Below, piece after piece: positions 52,099-62,909 of a DNA stretch of 64,000 bases. Made by a program: the position numbers and the translations under genes. Origin of the DNA: Paramoeba atlantica (lineage: Eukaryota > Protista > Discosea). The stretch is from NCBI GenBank assembly GCA_977017575.1, contig CDRNVI010000015.1, forward strand, positions 62,001 through 126,000, given 5' to 3'. Positions within the stretch are counted from its first letter, which is position 1. The number at the start of each line of letters is the position of its first letter. Under the pieces are notes generated by a model. It made no database searches and was not told the DNA's origin. It saw only the letters and a program-made list of their open reading frames with translations.

Positions 52099-53196
52099 AT
52101 GTCAGAAATTGAAACTGGGGATAAACGCGGCAACAAAAAGCGTGCGAAAGCAGTTGAACGGGGTAGTGATGAAACATCTGTGAATACTTCTAGTTCAATT
52201 GCTGACGACAGAAAAGAAAGTCCCACAGGGAGTTTTGAACCTTGTGAAGTTCAGGTGTCTTTTGATATCCGTGGCTTCACGGAGGACTCCGCTATCGAAG
52301 ACGTGTCGTTCTATCTTCGAGGAATTCTTCCTGATCGAAAAAACGTTATATCTTGGGATGTACTTGTGAAAAGTCTTCGAAATGAAGAGCTCACCTCGTT
52401 GATTTATCTTTCCGAAACCGTTGACGATGCGTCATCTTGTTCAGAAGTATCTCCACAGTGTTCTGCTTCAACAGTCTCAGTGGATTCCTCATCTGAAGCC
52501 AGTGGGTTAGTGGCTCTGCTACCAGTGTGCTTTACGCATAGGAATAAAGAGTGTATATCTACAACTTCATGCTTCGAGGAGCGTGAAATCTCTCGGTATC
52601 TTGCAGCATATGGCTGTAACAAAGTGTGCGAGAAATTGAAAGCCATTTCCACTCAGAGTTCTGAAAACACTTGCTTATATTTCATGTTAAACCATCGAGC
52701 GGCTTTCATGCCCAATCAAGTTGCATACCAAACTCTTCTTCAACTTTTTGACACGATAATTAAGAAGTCGTGGATAAAGTATAAAGATATTTATATTTTT
52801 ACTTTATTAAAGGCACGTCGTCTTTCTCAGGGGGGAAAAGATATTATGGCTTCGAAACGCAGAAGGAAGAGTACATCTTGGTCAACGGGCGAGCAGAACT
52901 CTCAGGCAACAACTAGCTTGGATTTCGAGTTCGTGCGACCTGAAGATGAAATCTTTTACAAATATGGTAATTCGCTCACTGAGGTTCGGCCTAATGATAG
53001 TTCGGTTGAATTCGCGGAAGAATACCCTGGACAGCCGACTATTGAAGTTCCTTTTGCAATTCCAGTTTTAATCCCTCTGGTTAGAATTAAAACAAATGGG
53101 GCTCGCAAAAGTAAAGATTCCAAATCTGGGTGTTCCAACCCGCTTTTAAGCCTAATGGGGGAAATACAGAAATTAGTAGATCAAGAGTCCTGTTGA
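52099..53196 (+). CDS. BCCIP: BCCIP/Bcp1 family protein
   Basis: EVQVSFD, FMLNHRAAFMPNQVAYQTLLQL and FVRPEDEIFYK resemble BCCIP conserved blocks. Confidence 0.7.
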   Translation: MSEIETGDKRGNKKRAKAVERGSDETSVNTSSSIADDRKESPTGSFEPCEVQVSFDIRGFTEDSAIEDVSFYLRGILPDRKNVISWDVLVKSLRNEELTSLIYLSETVDDASSCSEVSPQCSASTVSVDSSSEASGLVALLPVCFTHRNKECISTTSCFEEREISRYLAAYGCNKVCEKLKAISTQSSENTCLYFMLNHRAAFMPNQVAYQTLLQLFDTIIKKSWIKYKDIYIFTLLKARRLSQGGKDIMASKRRRKSTSWSTGEQNSQATTSLDFEFVRPEDEIFYKYGNSLTEVRPNDSSVEFAEEYPGQPTIEVPFAIPVLIPLVRIKTNGARKSKDSKSGCSNPLLSLMGEIQKLVDQESC

Positions 53197-53776
53197 TACC
53201 TATACAATGTGTATCGAGATTCGTCGTGATGTATTGAATGGATTGCGTACGACACCTGCCGATGATTTTTATACCACAAATCTAGTACGAGTATTTCTAG
53301 ATAAGGAATTCTAGATAAATGCCCAGAAAGAGTACAAAACATAAGGAATAGATACATTTCCATTGGAGAATGTCTATTTTATGTTTTTTATTCTAATAGA
53401 TAATTTATCTGCGTTTTCTATGTACGGTATTGATGGTTATTAAGTAAAGTACACTCGAAGGACCGTAATAGGAATCTGAAACTGAAATCTTACGTGTAGG
53501 TTTTTGAAAGTCTTCACACGCAGCCCCTCATCATGCAACTTACTTATTTTACCCATTTAAATCCAATAATATGTGTTATGCATGGAAGAATGTTAAACCT
53601 GATGAACAGTCTCATGTATGATAAATGGAACTATTATACACTGTATGCAGCTTATAGTGTTTTGATAATGCCCTCTTTCGCAGCCACTTTTCGCTTCGTG
53701 TATTATATACCATATCATATGACAAATTGCGTTTCATTATGATGCATCATTTCGTTTAAAGAAGCCCTTATAAACG

Positions 53777-56509
53777 ATGAGCTCAGATAATATTTCATCT
53801 AAACTCCGCGTAATAGAAAGGGTAGTAGGACGTGTCGACAAGTGCATCGCTCGTGAGCTTAAGACGTTGGCCTGTAATTTTCAGGCTGAATCGAGTGCAC
53901 TGATGCGCGCAATGCATCTTTTGCGAATAGCTTTAAAATTTTCTGATCAGATAGCTATACTCTGCATTGAAACTTTCAAAGACATTGTTGCCACGAACAT
54001 TTTAGAGGGTGATTCGATACTTGTTGAACAGGTTCCACTAACGTCTCCTATTTTTGGCTCTACCGTAAGTTCAATGATTGTTTCCTTGTGTGCGGAACTG
54101 GTAGAAGGACGCAATCCACTTGCTGTTCAATGTAAGTCATTGGACCTTCTTGCCTGCGTTGTACAAAATTCTAAACTGAATGTTACGGGTTCATTGCTCA
54201 TATGTTCGATTCAGGTCGCTTTCAATACGCAGCATCGAACTGCGAACGATGACTTTCGACTGTATGCAATGGATGTGCTGAGTGCCCTTTTGATTCATGT
54301 GCCGAATATGTTAGAAGTACAGGTAGGGCAAGAATGCATAGAAAAATCTGCAATCTGGACTGAGCTTCTCGAAAAACGTGACCCAATCTGCCGACTTGGA
54401 GGAAACGTTCTTTTTCTACAATCATATCATGCACCGTGCGAAACTGATTTTGAAGGGGCTTTGAGTGTTCTTTCACGGAAAGAACGAGATGCTTTTGCTG
54501 TTATAGCTGGACTATGTTCCATTGTGAAAGGCTCTTCATGTTGTGAGCTTTTAAGAACTGCTGCAGGCCGGAATGATCAGGAAAAAGCTAAGGCAGTAGC
54601 CTTATACGGGCTCCGCGTCGTATTGCATCATGGTCGTTATAGCATACCGAAGCTGAGCACTCTTCTTGTTCGTTGTCTGCCATTCATTTTTGACGTTGTT
54701 TATAAGTCCTTTGCCGCGTCACGTCGAACTAAACTATTCGACGATGCCGTTAGTATCGTAGAAATCCTAGTAACAAATTACATGTGCCACGCCAGAAGAG
54801 AGATTAGCGAACTTCTTCTGCTATTGCGCCTGATTCTCCTTTCTCCTCTTACGTTATATCATCAAAGAACAAGAATCCTACAGAGCCTTGCACGTATTAT
54901 GAGTGACTCAAACCTCTGGCTAACTATGTATATGAGCTATGACTGCCAATTGAATCATGATGACATTTGCATCTTACTACTTGATAGTATCGCTCAAGTA
55001 GCTCAACATCGTTGGACAACGATAATTGGGATATCAAATGCACAACAGCACATACAGGTTGAGCTTGCATTGAAGTGCTATGAAAATGGGTTTGCCGGGC
55101 TGAAAAGCTACTTAATGAACAAGGATGAGGCCATGAAGCAGAGTTTTATAAAAGGGCCAAGTTGGCTTGCTCTTGGGGAGAAACGATTTAGACATGAACG
55201 AAGTAGAAGCGAGCATAATTGCAGCTCGAATAGCTGGAATGTACATTCGGAGTTTCACTTTGTTGAAGAGAATCTAGTCACATTACCTGCAACTAGCGCG
55301 GCTGGTAATAGTAATTTATGCCCTGTTATGGAGGAAGGAATGGACCAGCTTTTAATATCAACCGAAGACACTCTTGGAAAATGGATTCAGCATAAGTTAC
55401 TCCTGTCACGTGCGGTGCGTCTTTTGAATACGGAGCTCACACGTGGATTACGAGCGCTTCGAAAATGTGGAATTATACAATCTGAATCTGATAGTAGCGG
55501 TTTTTGCCTCGCTTTGCGTCATCTACGTAATGTGAGCCCTTCCGTACTTCGTACAGTACTCTCCAAAGTAAAAAAGTCTTCACTTTACGCGAATGTCGCA
55601 CGTCTATATATGCACTCACTTCGATTAAAAGACGTTGCTCCGGATGAGGCAGTTCGACAGTTTACGGAACTGTTTCCTATGACCGCCCATACAACACAAT
55701 TTGAAGGGCCTGTTTGGTTTGAATTGATGGGCTTCCTGGCCGAGGCCTATACTACACAAAATCCAGGACTACAATTAGATCGCGAGAGTGGGCAAATATT
55801 GTGTTCTACGCTTCTCACTCTGCATACGACTCACCACAACCCCAATATTCATGAAAGCGAGAGGTTTACCGCAGAGAGGTTTTCCAGTGCTACATTAGAA
55901 TGTTTGGGCGCTAACACTCGAATAGGGAAGGAACAACTCATGGAGTCGTTTCGCCGCGTGACGAGATCAAAATGGAAGCCCAAAACTATGCCTGCCAACA
56001 TGACGGATTATGAGTGGGAGTGCTTTGGATACATGGATAGGGAGGCGCAATTTCGAAATTCCCTGCATCGACGGCACGGTGATCCGTACACCACTTCGGT
56101 AGAAATTGCTGAAAAGAGGTACACTTCTATGATAGAGAAATCTTGGCATCATGCAAGTGAAAGATTGCAGCGGGATAAGGAGTTCATTCTTTGTCCATTT
56201 TTGCGTCCAACCAAGCCTGGAGAAGCAATACATTTATTCAGCGAAATGTTGAATCGGTATTGGTTTACGCTCTCCCAACTTCGTGACTCAGAGTTCTTCT
56301 TCAAGTATCCCAGAGTTGTCCAACGTGCGTCACATTTATTAGGAACTTGTACGGATATCGTTGCGATACTAGGACTTGATCTTGAGGATTTATTACAAGG
56401 GTCATCTGTTGCGCCCGTGGAATCTTTTCATGATGATCCTATACGATACACATCAGCATTAGGAGTTCTTCCTTGGAGCGGAGTTCACTTTCAATGCCCT
56501 CTCATTTAA
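53777..56509 (+). CDS. Large ARF-GEF family protein (DCB-HUS plus divergent Sec7)
   Basis: HUS-box-like MYMSYDC; Sec7-like EAVRQFTELF and LLTLHTTHHNPNI...TAERF. Confidence 0.7.
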   Translation: MSSDNISSKLRVIERVVGRVDKCIARELKTLACNFQAESSALMRAMHLLRIALKFSDQIAILCIETFKDIVATNILEGDSILVEQVPLTSPIFGSTVSSMIVSLCAELVEGRNPLAVQCKSLDLLACVVQNSKLNVTGSLLICSIQVAFNTQHRTANDDFRLYAMDVLSALLIHVPNMLEVQVGQECIEKSAIWTELLEKRDPICRLGGNVLFLQSYHAPCETDFEGALSVLSRKERDAFAVIAGLCSIVKGSSCCELLRTAAGRNDQEKAKAVALYGLRVVLHHGRYSIPKLSTLLVRCLPFIFDVVYKSFAASRRTKLFDDAVSIVEILVTNYMCHARREISELLLLLRLILLSPLTLYHQRTRILQSLARIMSDSNLWLTMYMSYDCQLNHDDICILLLDSIAQVAQHRWTTIIGISNAQQHIQVELALKCYENGFAGLKSYLMNKDEAMKQSFIKGPSWLALGEKRFRHERSRSEHNCSSNSWNVHSEFHFVEENLVTLPATSAAGNSNLCPVMEEGMDQLLISTEDTLGKWIQHKLLLSRAVRLLNTELTRGLRALRKCGIIQSESDSSGFCLALRHLRNVSPSVLRTVLSKVKKSSLYANVARLYMHSLRLKDVAPDEAVRQFTELFPMTAHTTQFEGPVWFELMGFLAEAYTTQNPGLQLDRESGQILCSTLLTLHTTHHNPNIHESERFTAERFSSATLECLGANTRIGKEQLMESFRRVTRSKWKPKTMPANMTDYEWECFGYMDREAQFRNSLHRRHGDPYTTSVEIAEKRYTSMIEKSWHHASERLQRDKEFILCPFLRPTKPGEAIHLFSEMLNRYWFTLSQLRDSEFFFKYPRVVQRASHLLGTCTDIVAILGLDLEDLLQGSSVAPVESFHDDPIRYTSALGVLPWSGVHFQCPLI

Positions 56510-56822
56510 TAAATATCCATCCAGATTGTTTTTCGTGTTACTGTGTATACTGTATCCGCCTAACTATTTCTTTTTCTCTCTTGAGGATTATTCTTTTTGG
56601 ACCTCAGAATATGTTTTTTCGTAAACTGGCCCCTTTATTCGAAGGGTCCCAAATGGGTGGACTCTTGAGTAGGGATGACAATAAGAATTTAGTATGACAT
56701 TTACTACGATGAAATAGTTTGTTGAACTTATTTCACCTCTAATTGCACTTCTTCATCTACTTTGCTGCTAGTTTTACCTTACCCGTTGATGTTTCAATGG
56801 AGTTCTAACCCCGTATTATACA

Positions 56823-59234
56823 ATGGTACGTGTACCCGCGAGGTACCTAAATCTCAACAGGAATCAAGAAGTCCCTGCTATAGAAGAAGGGACAGTATAC
56901 GTCTCCTGTGATGGATGTGACGCGGCGTGCAACGGTTATGTACAAGGGTTTTTCTTCCGATGCGCTTCATGTCGGCATGATTTGTGTCAAAACTGTTATG
57001 AGCTTTTAATTTTAAAGCCTGCCTATTTTCCAACGAAAGCATCGGATCAAAGATTACGTGCAAAACTGATAAAGAAACACCCCAATCATCAATTTTTCTT
57101 TATGGGGATGGCTCCAGACCCAGCAAAAATCTGTGTTACGGCCCCAGAAAAGAAAAGAAGAACTCCAGGCAAAGCAGAAGTGTGTATCGCACCCCCAGAA
57201 AAGCAACAGCGAACTACCCAGGAAAATAAGTTAATTTCCCTTCCGCCACAGACAATTGAGGAGTCATCAGTTACAAAAAATGCGAAACGGAAAAGAAAGA
57301 GTGTTCGAAGAAAATCTATTCCATCGTTGAGCCCGAGAAGCGCTTTCGTTGACACAAAGAACGCGAAACAGATTGATATGGCTGTGCGTTCGAGCAACAG
57401 TTCTAATATGAGAAAAGGACTGGTCCCCTCTCCTTGCCTACACACCCGTCGATCTTCTCCTAGCGAATCATCTCACAGCGATGCTGAGCTGATTTTACCA
57501 CACGGAATGTCTTCCGGAACTCCCGAAGAGGGAGGTTCTCGTAGGGAAAAACTCCCTTTAGTTCAGAAATACAGAGCAGCAAACGTTTTAACCGAGCCAG
57601 ACTACATAAACGTGAACTGTATTGAAACACCAAGTGAAAATGCTAACGAAACCCTGTCGTCCGTTTTGATTCAGGCGGAGAGTAATGATCGAGTGGCAAA
57701 TTTTGAGTATATGATGATGGCGCACGAAGTCGATCTAGACTATTCTAATGATATCGATAGTTTTGATGTTGTAGAGGTTGATCATGATCAACCTTTAGCA
57801 CGTCTGCGCCCGCATCTTGGTACTAAAATCAATACCACTCGCTCGCACTGGAAGGCAACGAAAATTTATCCCGTGTATAGAGAAACATCTTTTAAAACTG
57901 AGAAGAAAGCATTAGTAAGATTCTTCTCGTCTCATGTTGTAGAAAACATGGAGTTGTACATTTTTCTTGCCGAATATAGTGCTCATGAAACACCGGTTTC
58001 GGAGCTTCTCTTCGTGTGTAATGACAACACTGTAGTAAGGGTAACCCTGGGATCTCAGACCATCACAGCAATGGATACTTTAGTACATGACATTGATCGT
58101 AACATATTTACTGAAGAAGGTCATAGAAAAGTGCGTTACAGCGCTGTTCGCATCACCTACTGTAATCGACATGCTGTTTACGTTATTGAATTACCAATTG
58201 AGGAACTTCAATTATCTTTCTTGAAAGTACAAAACAAAGGTCCTCTAAGTCGCACAGAAAGGTCTTCTGTCCCGGGGGTCGAAGCAACACTGTGTGAAGC
58301 ACATGGAACTGTTGCACACTATTCCGACGTTATTTATCGTTGTAGGCTTGAGGCATCGCAGATGGTTTCGTGTCCAATAGCAAGAGGGGCCTTGTTATGG
58401 GCGATGCGAGGATCACTTTTAGCTATTGGCTTCGTATGCGGGGATGTACTCATATTTACGTTGGAGCAACGTACGCTAAGGCCTTGCGGACGGTGCAACC
58501 TTAGAATGCAAAGTCTTTGTCAGCCTGTGAGAGTCTGTGATAGTCACGACCTCTCTTATTCGGTTCAACATGCCTGGAAGCACTGTTGTCTCGAAGTTCG
58601 CGAGCAGGAATGCTCCACACCAGCCACCGCAACAATGACTACTTCAATTGTAATATTCGGCACTGTAAACTTACTAATAGTTTTGGAGGTTCGTCCTAAT
58701 TGTACACCCAAAGCACTTTACAGAGAAACGCTTGATTCCACTATTGCATGTGTTGAAGAATATTATACACCGGACAGCACTTCACGGTATAGTGCATCCT
58801 TCAACGTTATCTTAGGCGACGGTTCATGGATGCTTTTCGATGTCACGATTAATAAGCATCCCCGACCTGTAGTTCATAAGAGGTATGTTTCGGGTTCGTC
58901 CGACAAAATACCATGGTGGGTGGATTATGATACAGTATTTGTGGGCGATAGTGCCATAGGTATCCCCGAAGTAGGATCATGTGGAGATCGTACAGAAAGT
59001 AATATTACAAACGCAAAGCCCGTACAGTCGCAGAAAAGCATGCTTTTCGTGCGTTCGAGACAGAATAATTCCGCGGCATTCTCATACAACTGGTATCCTT
59101 GGGCTAATAGCGACCCCGAAGGTGGACGTACTGGTGTCAGCGTTCCATCCATACCTCCTCGATGCATTTCTTCCTCGACTACACTCGTACACTGCCCGGT
59201 TGAAGGTGCACTTTACCGTTTTGTACCCAAGTAG
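56823..59234 (+). CDS. ZZ-type zinc finger protein with a probable C-terminal beta-propeller
   Basis: CDGC...FRCASC.HDLCQNC...H..H; disordered linker; WD-like GSLLAIGFVCGDVLIF. Confidence 0.6.
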   Translation: MVRVPARYLNLNRNQEVPAIEEGTVYVSCDGCDAACNGYVQGFFFRCASCRHDLCQNCYELLILKPAYFPTKASDQRLRAKLIKKHPNHQFFFMGMAPDPAKICVTAPEKKRRTPGKAEVCIAPPEKQQRTTQENKLISLPPQTIEESSVTKNAKRKRKSVRRKSIPSLSPRSAFVDTKNAKQIDMAVRSSNSSNMRKGLVPSPCLHTRRSSPSESSHSDAELILPHGMSSGTPEEGGSRREKLPLVQKYRAANVLTEPDYINVNCIETPSENANETLSSVLIQAESNDRVANFEYMMMAHEVDLDYSNDIDSFDVVEVDHDQPLARLRPHLGTKINTTRSHWKATKIYPVYRETSFKTEKKALVRFFSSHVVENMELYIFLAEYSAHETPVSELLFVCNDNTVVRVTLGSQTITAMDTLVHDIDRNIFTEEGHRKVRYSAVRITYCNRHAVYVIELPIEELQLSFLKVQNKGPLSRTERSSVPGVEATLCEAHGTVAHYSDVIYRCRLEASQMVSCPIARGALLWAMRGSLLAIGFVCGDVLIFTLEQRTLRPCGRCNLRMQSLCQPVRVCDSHDLSYSVQHAWKHCCLEVREQECSTPATATMTTSIVIFGTVNLLIVLEVRPNCTPKALYRETLDSTIACVEEYYTPDSTSRYSASFNVILGDGSWMLFDVTINKHPRPVVHKRYVSGSSDKIPWWVDYDTVFVGDSAIGIPEVGSCGDRTESNITNAKPVQSQKSMLFVRSRQNNSAAFSYNWYPWANSDPEGGRTGVSVPSIPPRCISSSTTLVHCPVEGALYRFVPK

Positions 59235-59519
59235 CGGTAACTCCTCTCCAATGGGGTTTAATTTTATCATGCACACGTGATAGCAACTAATGGTCAAGAT
59301 TTCACTCATCTCCTTGACAAGTAGGTGCGCACATAAAGCGAAATGCATTGACTGCGTGAAGTATATAATGCGATTGTAATATTCCGTTATGATTTGTAGC
59401 AACCCTTTAAGACTGCAATTCATGTTCTAATTTATCCCACCTTATTTTTAATAAACCTATTAAATAAGTTTATAAAAATAACAAATCGAAAATATTATTT
59501 TCCATTTGCTATTTGTCAA

Positions 59520-60230
59520 AGTTTTATCCCTTTTCAATCCGACCTCCACCTTTCCGCTTCACCCCTCTTTCTTTCTTTCTTCTTTCTTCCCTACACCACA
59601 ACACCCCCTTCATCTCCCATGTTACGGCGCACGGTGTTTCACGCCTGCTCCTCTGTGTCTCACCCCCCACCCCCTCCGACTCCTGCGGAAGTCCCGGACG
59701 ACACCCTCACCGCTCCCACCCGCTCTTCTGCACGACTCGCCCCGGGCCCCTACCGCCGTGTGGGGAATCTCCTCGTGGTGGAGGTTAAGAAGCAGCTGTG
59801 GCAGCAGGGCTGGGAACTCGCCCGGGACCTGCGCTACCTGGGGTTCGAGTACGGCCGCCAGGTCACCGTTCACCCGGACGTGCCGGAGGTCCGGGAGCGG
59901 CTGTTCCACGTACGGCACCTGGTCACGATCGACATGATGGACCTGGATGAGGTGAAGGCGGCGCTGCATATCCCTCCCCATATTCACTTTTCGGATCTGC
60001 TCGCGCAGTACCCGGATAACTGGGGCGAGGTGCCGGTGGGGAGGGGGTGCTACGTTGCCGCACGGAAACGGTTTTGTCAGTACCGGAAGGAGCGGCTGCG
60101 GGATATTGTTCACCGCGATTCGATAGAGAAAAGGATGGTAAAATTACAGAAACAACTGGCCAGGGAGGAGAGTGAGAAAGGTCAGGCACAGCATGGGGGT
60201 TGAAGAGGTGTTGTATCCCCAAAGGGGGGT
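59520..60230. other. GC-rich island, C-rich to G-rich switch (uL30m)
   Basis: C/T-rich from the non-coding flank to about 59760; G-rich toward 60230. Confidence 0.7.
59619..60203 (+). CDS. MRPL30: Mitochondrial ribosomal protein uL30m
   Basis: LRYLGFEYGRQVTVHPDVPEVRERLFHVRHLV matches the L30 core; MLRR presequence-like start. Confidence 0.8.
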   Translation: MLRRTVFHACSSVSHPPPPPTPAEVPDDTLTAPTRSSARLAPGPYRRVGNLLVVEVKKQLWQQGWELARDLRYLGFEYGRQVTVHPDVPEVRERLFHVRHLVTIDMMDLDEVKAALHIPPHIHFSDLLAQYPDNWGEVPVGRGCYVAARKRFCQYRKERLRDIVHRDSIEKRMVKLQKQLAREESEKGQAQHGG

Positions 60231-60445
60231 TTCTTTCTCTACGCGATATGCTACGCCGTACTGTGAGAGTGGGGTTTCTGTGTATTATGGGTTCTTATGT
60301 AAATTGTGTGTCGACATTGTAATGTAGATGCAATGTATCTACATTGCATATTTCTAATTGAGTTGAATGGAGGTGATAAGAAAGCGCGTGCACTGAATGA
60401 TGCACAGATATATTTCGTACAGTTCTATTGCTATCTTGCTTACCT

Positions 60446-61120
60446 ATGTCTTTTGTATCGCCGGAGAGAAGCGTTATTTTTCTGGAGCGAGAGGAGGCCT
60501 CACCTCCTCGAAAAAACTATGACCTTCACGCGGTTGTGTCAAAAGTAGAGCTGAGGCCTTTCGGTGACTTTAATCGCCAAATTGCACTTAGCCCGTTACG
60601 AACGTCTGCGCGGTCTTCTACTATGAGTGAGAAACTCTTTGACGTAAATTTATTCGACACGCCGTATCATCAGGAAGACGAATCCCTGCTTTTCTTTAAA
60701 AAGCGAACTCCCAGGTCAAGCAGTTTCCATCTACAGGAATCTCCCCAGACTAGAGATGAAGTAACGTTTCCAACTGTACCGTGCGAGTCTTGCGATATTT
60801 CGTTGTCCTTCAAAGACCCAGTTGAGCCTCTTTCCGTGGGAGAACAGGTTTCTGATATTGTTTATCCACTAGAAACATCACACGTTTCTAATGAAGGAAA
60901 CAATAGCAAGAAAATTTACGATCCCATCTCACAGTCTAGCAATAAGTTTATTGAGCCAGTTAGTTCGGCAACGGACTTAGAACCCAGCAGGAGAAATTCA
61001 AAAAAGAACACATTTGCCGCCCCTCCGGTGAGTCCTCCTAAGCAATGGACTAAGGATGTCCAAAATTTCTTTCAATATATCGATTCAAGACCCTTGCAAA
61101 TGGAAACCGAGGTAGTGTAG
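60446..61120 (+). CDS. Disordered S/P-rich protein with a Sororin-like C-terminal motif
   Basis: Low-complexity ORF ending WTKDVQNFFQYIDSRPLQMETEVV. First ATG is 60446. Confidence 0.5.
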   Translation: MSFVSPERSVIFLEREEASPPRKNYDLHAVVSKVELRPFGDFNRQIALSPLRTSARSSTMSEKLFDVNLFDTPYHQEDESLLFFKKRTPRSSSFHLQESPQTRDEVTFPTVPCESCDISLSFKDPVEPLSVGEQVSDIVYPLETSHVSNEGNNSKKIYDPISQSSNKFIEPVSSATDLEPSRRNSKKNTFAAPPVSPPKQWTKDVQNFFQYIDSRPLQMETEVV

Positions 61121-61194
61121 CTCGTAGAATCGAAGTGTGAAATTGGATTATGAAGCATATTTAGGTATTACTTGTATAGCAATGCGCATGTAGG

Positions 61195-61248
61195 TATGTT
61201 GTATAATAATGCAACGTTCCATAATGCTGCTATGTTGTATAATAATGC
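61195..61248. repeat. 18-bp direct repeat TATGTTGTATAATAATGC (period 36)
   Basis: Exact copies at 61195-212 and 61231-248. Confidence 0.85.
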
Positions 61249-61543
61249 GTACATGTATGTGATAGTATTTTACACGTATTGGTACTCTCATAGTAGTGCA
61301 AAATATACCCGAGAAACGCATTGCATTGCCCTGGGAACTATGATATGCTAAAACAAAACAATCGAATGGAATTCTGGAGTATCATACAGGAATGTGTAAA
61401 TCGAAGATCCTACACAACCCCCTCGATGAATATGTCATGCTTTACTGCGTTAAATTGCAAAGAATTAATAAATTAGTTTAAATTAATAAATCATTAAGGT
61501 CGTGTGAATTTTCTTCTCGCCAAATTTATTGCCACTCTTTTTA

Positions 61544-62551
61544 ATGGGTCGTACAATACTTATCAGATTTCTGAATGCAGCCGATGGTCCGCCCATCAGA
61601 ACTCGTCCAAGCAAAGTAAGCGGAGTAACCATTTCTATGGAGATGCAAATGTCACACTTCATTGAGCATATAGAGAATCCTCATGTTACGTGGGTTGAGG
61701 CACGCCCTATTCAGAAGTGGTTTGGTATTCGTTTGGATGAGGCACGTGAAGTAACAAGCGTTCGTTGGATGACTTTAAAGCTTAAGGGAAATGTGTCGCT
61801 TGAATTCCTCCCATATTCAACTAAGGAGTGTAATCTAGCCGGAAATCTATTGACCTCGTGTGGAATACTTCAAGGACTTCCCAAAGAGCTGCAAGTACTT
61901 TCAATTTCGCGGAACCGAATAGATCAACCGTTAAACTTGGGATATCTTCCTGAAATGATGCTTTCGTTTTCCGCTCATACAAATAAGTTTAAAAGCGTAG
62001 TTGATCTGACCAGTCTTCCTTCTGGAATAACGATCGTTACCTTCCGTCACAACAGGCTCTATGGAAAGCTTGACCTCACTTCCCTTCCACGACAACTTAA
62101 TTCGCTTCTCGCCAATAATAATAAATTTGAAGGCGCACCGGATCTGGGGCACCTGCCGTCTTCACTTTCTAATCTCAACTTAAGTCACAACTATTTTATA
62201 GGCCAACTTTGCTTTCAGCATCTTCCACACAGTCTCAAGATTTTGTCTTTGTCTCACAACGGATTTGAAGGGTTTCTGGATCTGGAATTGCTTCCTCCGA
62301 AATTGAATTTTTTTGACGCTGGAAATAACCAATTCCAGGGCACCATTTCTCTAGCGAAGCTTCCTCCTGGCATCGAACATCTGGATTTTAGTGGAAATCA
62401 TCTGATCGGGGAGCTTCATTTAGAAAATCTGCCACCAACCTTGGCGAACTTATACTGCAATGAGAATAACTTTAACGGTACGTTGAACCTACAAAATATT
62501 CATTTTGAGATAGATTTCAACGGAAATTCGTTCCGTACCGTATTGGAATAG
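61544..62551 (+). CDS. Leucine-rich repeat protein
   Basis: About ten repeats of the form LxLSHNxFxGxLDLxxLP; same family style as 25170. Start uncertain. Confidence 0.85.
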   Translation: MGRTILIRFLNAADGPPIRTRPSKVSGVTISMEMQMSHFIEHIENPHVTWVEARPIQKWFGIRLDEAREVTSVRWMTLKLKGNVSLEFLPYSTKECNLAGNLLTSCGILQGLPKELQVLSISRNRIDQPLNLGYLPEMMLSFSAHTNKFKSVVDLTSLPSGITIVTFRHNRLYGKLDLTSLPRQLNSLLANNNKFEGAPDLGHLPSSLSNLNLSHNYFIGQLCFQHLPHSLKILSLSHNGFEGFLDLELLPPKLNFFDAGNNQFQGTISLAKLPPGIEHLDFSGNHLIGELHLENLPPTLANLYCNENNFNGTLNLQNIHFEIDFNGNSFRTVLE

Positions 62552-62909
62552 TTTTCTTTTTAATATAATTTTGTAGACACACATGACTGATTCCAAACGT
62601 ATAACATTGATGTAGCCCTCTTTTTGGTCATTTCTGGTCTTGGTTTCTTGGATAACGAAATTCTATTTATTTTTTTGAGTCCTTTTTCTCAGCGGTAACA
62701 GCAATATTTCAAACAAAACTTTGTTGGGAAGTGCACTGGAAGAGGCTTTACTGCCACCATAACTATCAAAACTTGGAGTTCCGATATACATGTATATTAT
62801 ATGCTGTAGATCAATCAGAAATCCTCATTAATCAAAGATTCACTTTTTTTATTCTCTGCTTGTCTATCCATTGGCCTGAATAATAAAGAAGGACAGGTAA
62901 CTTCGAAAA

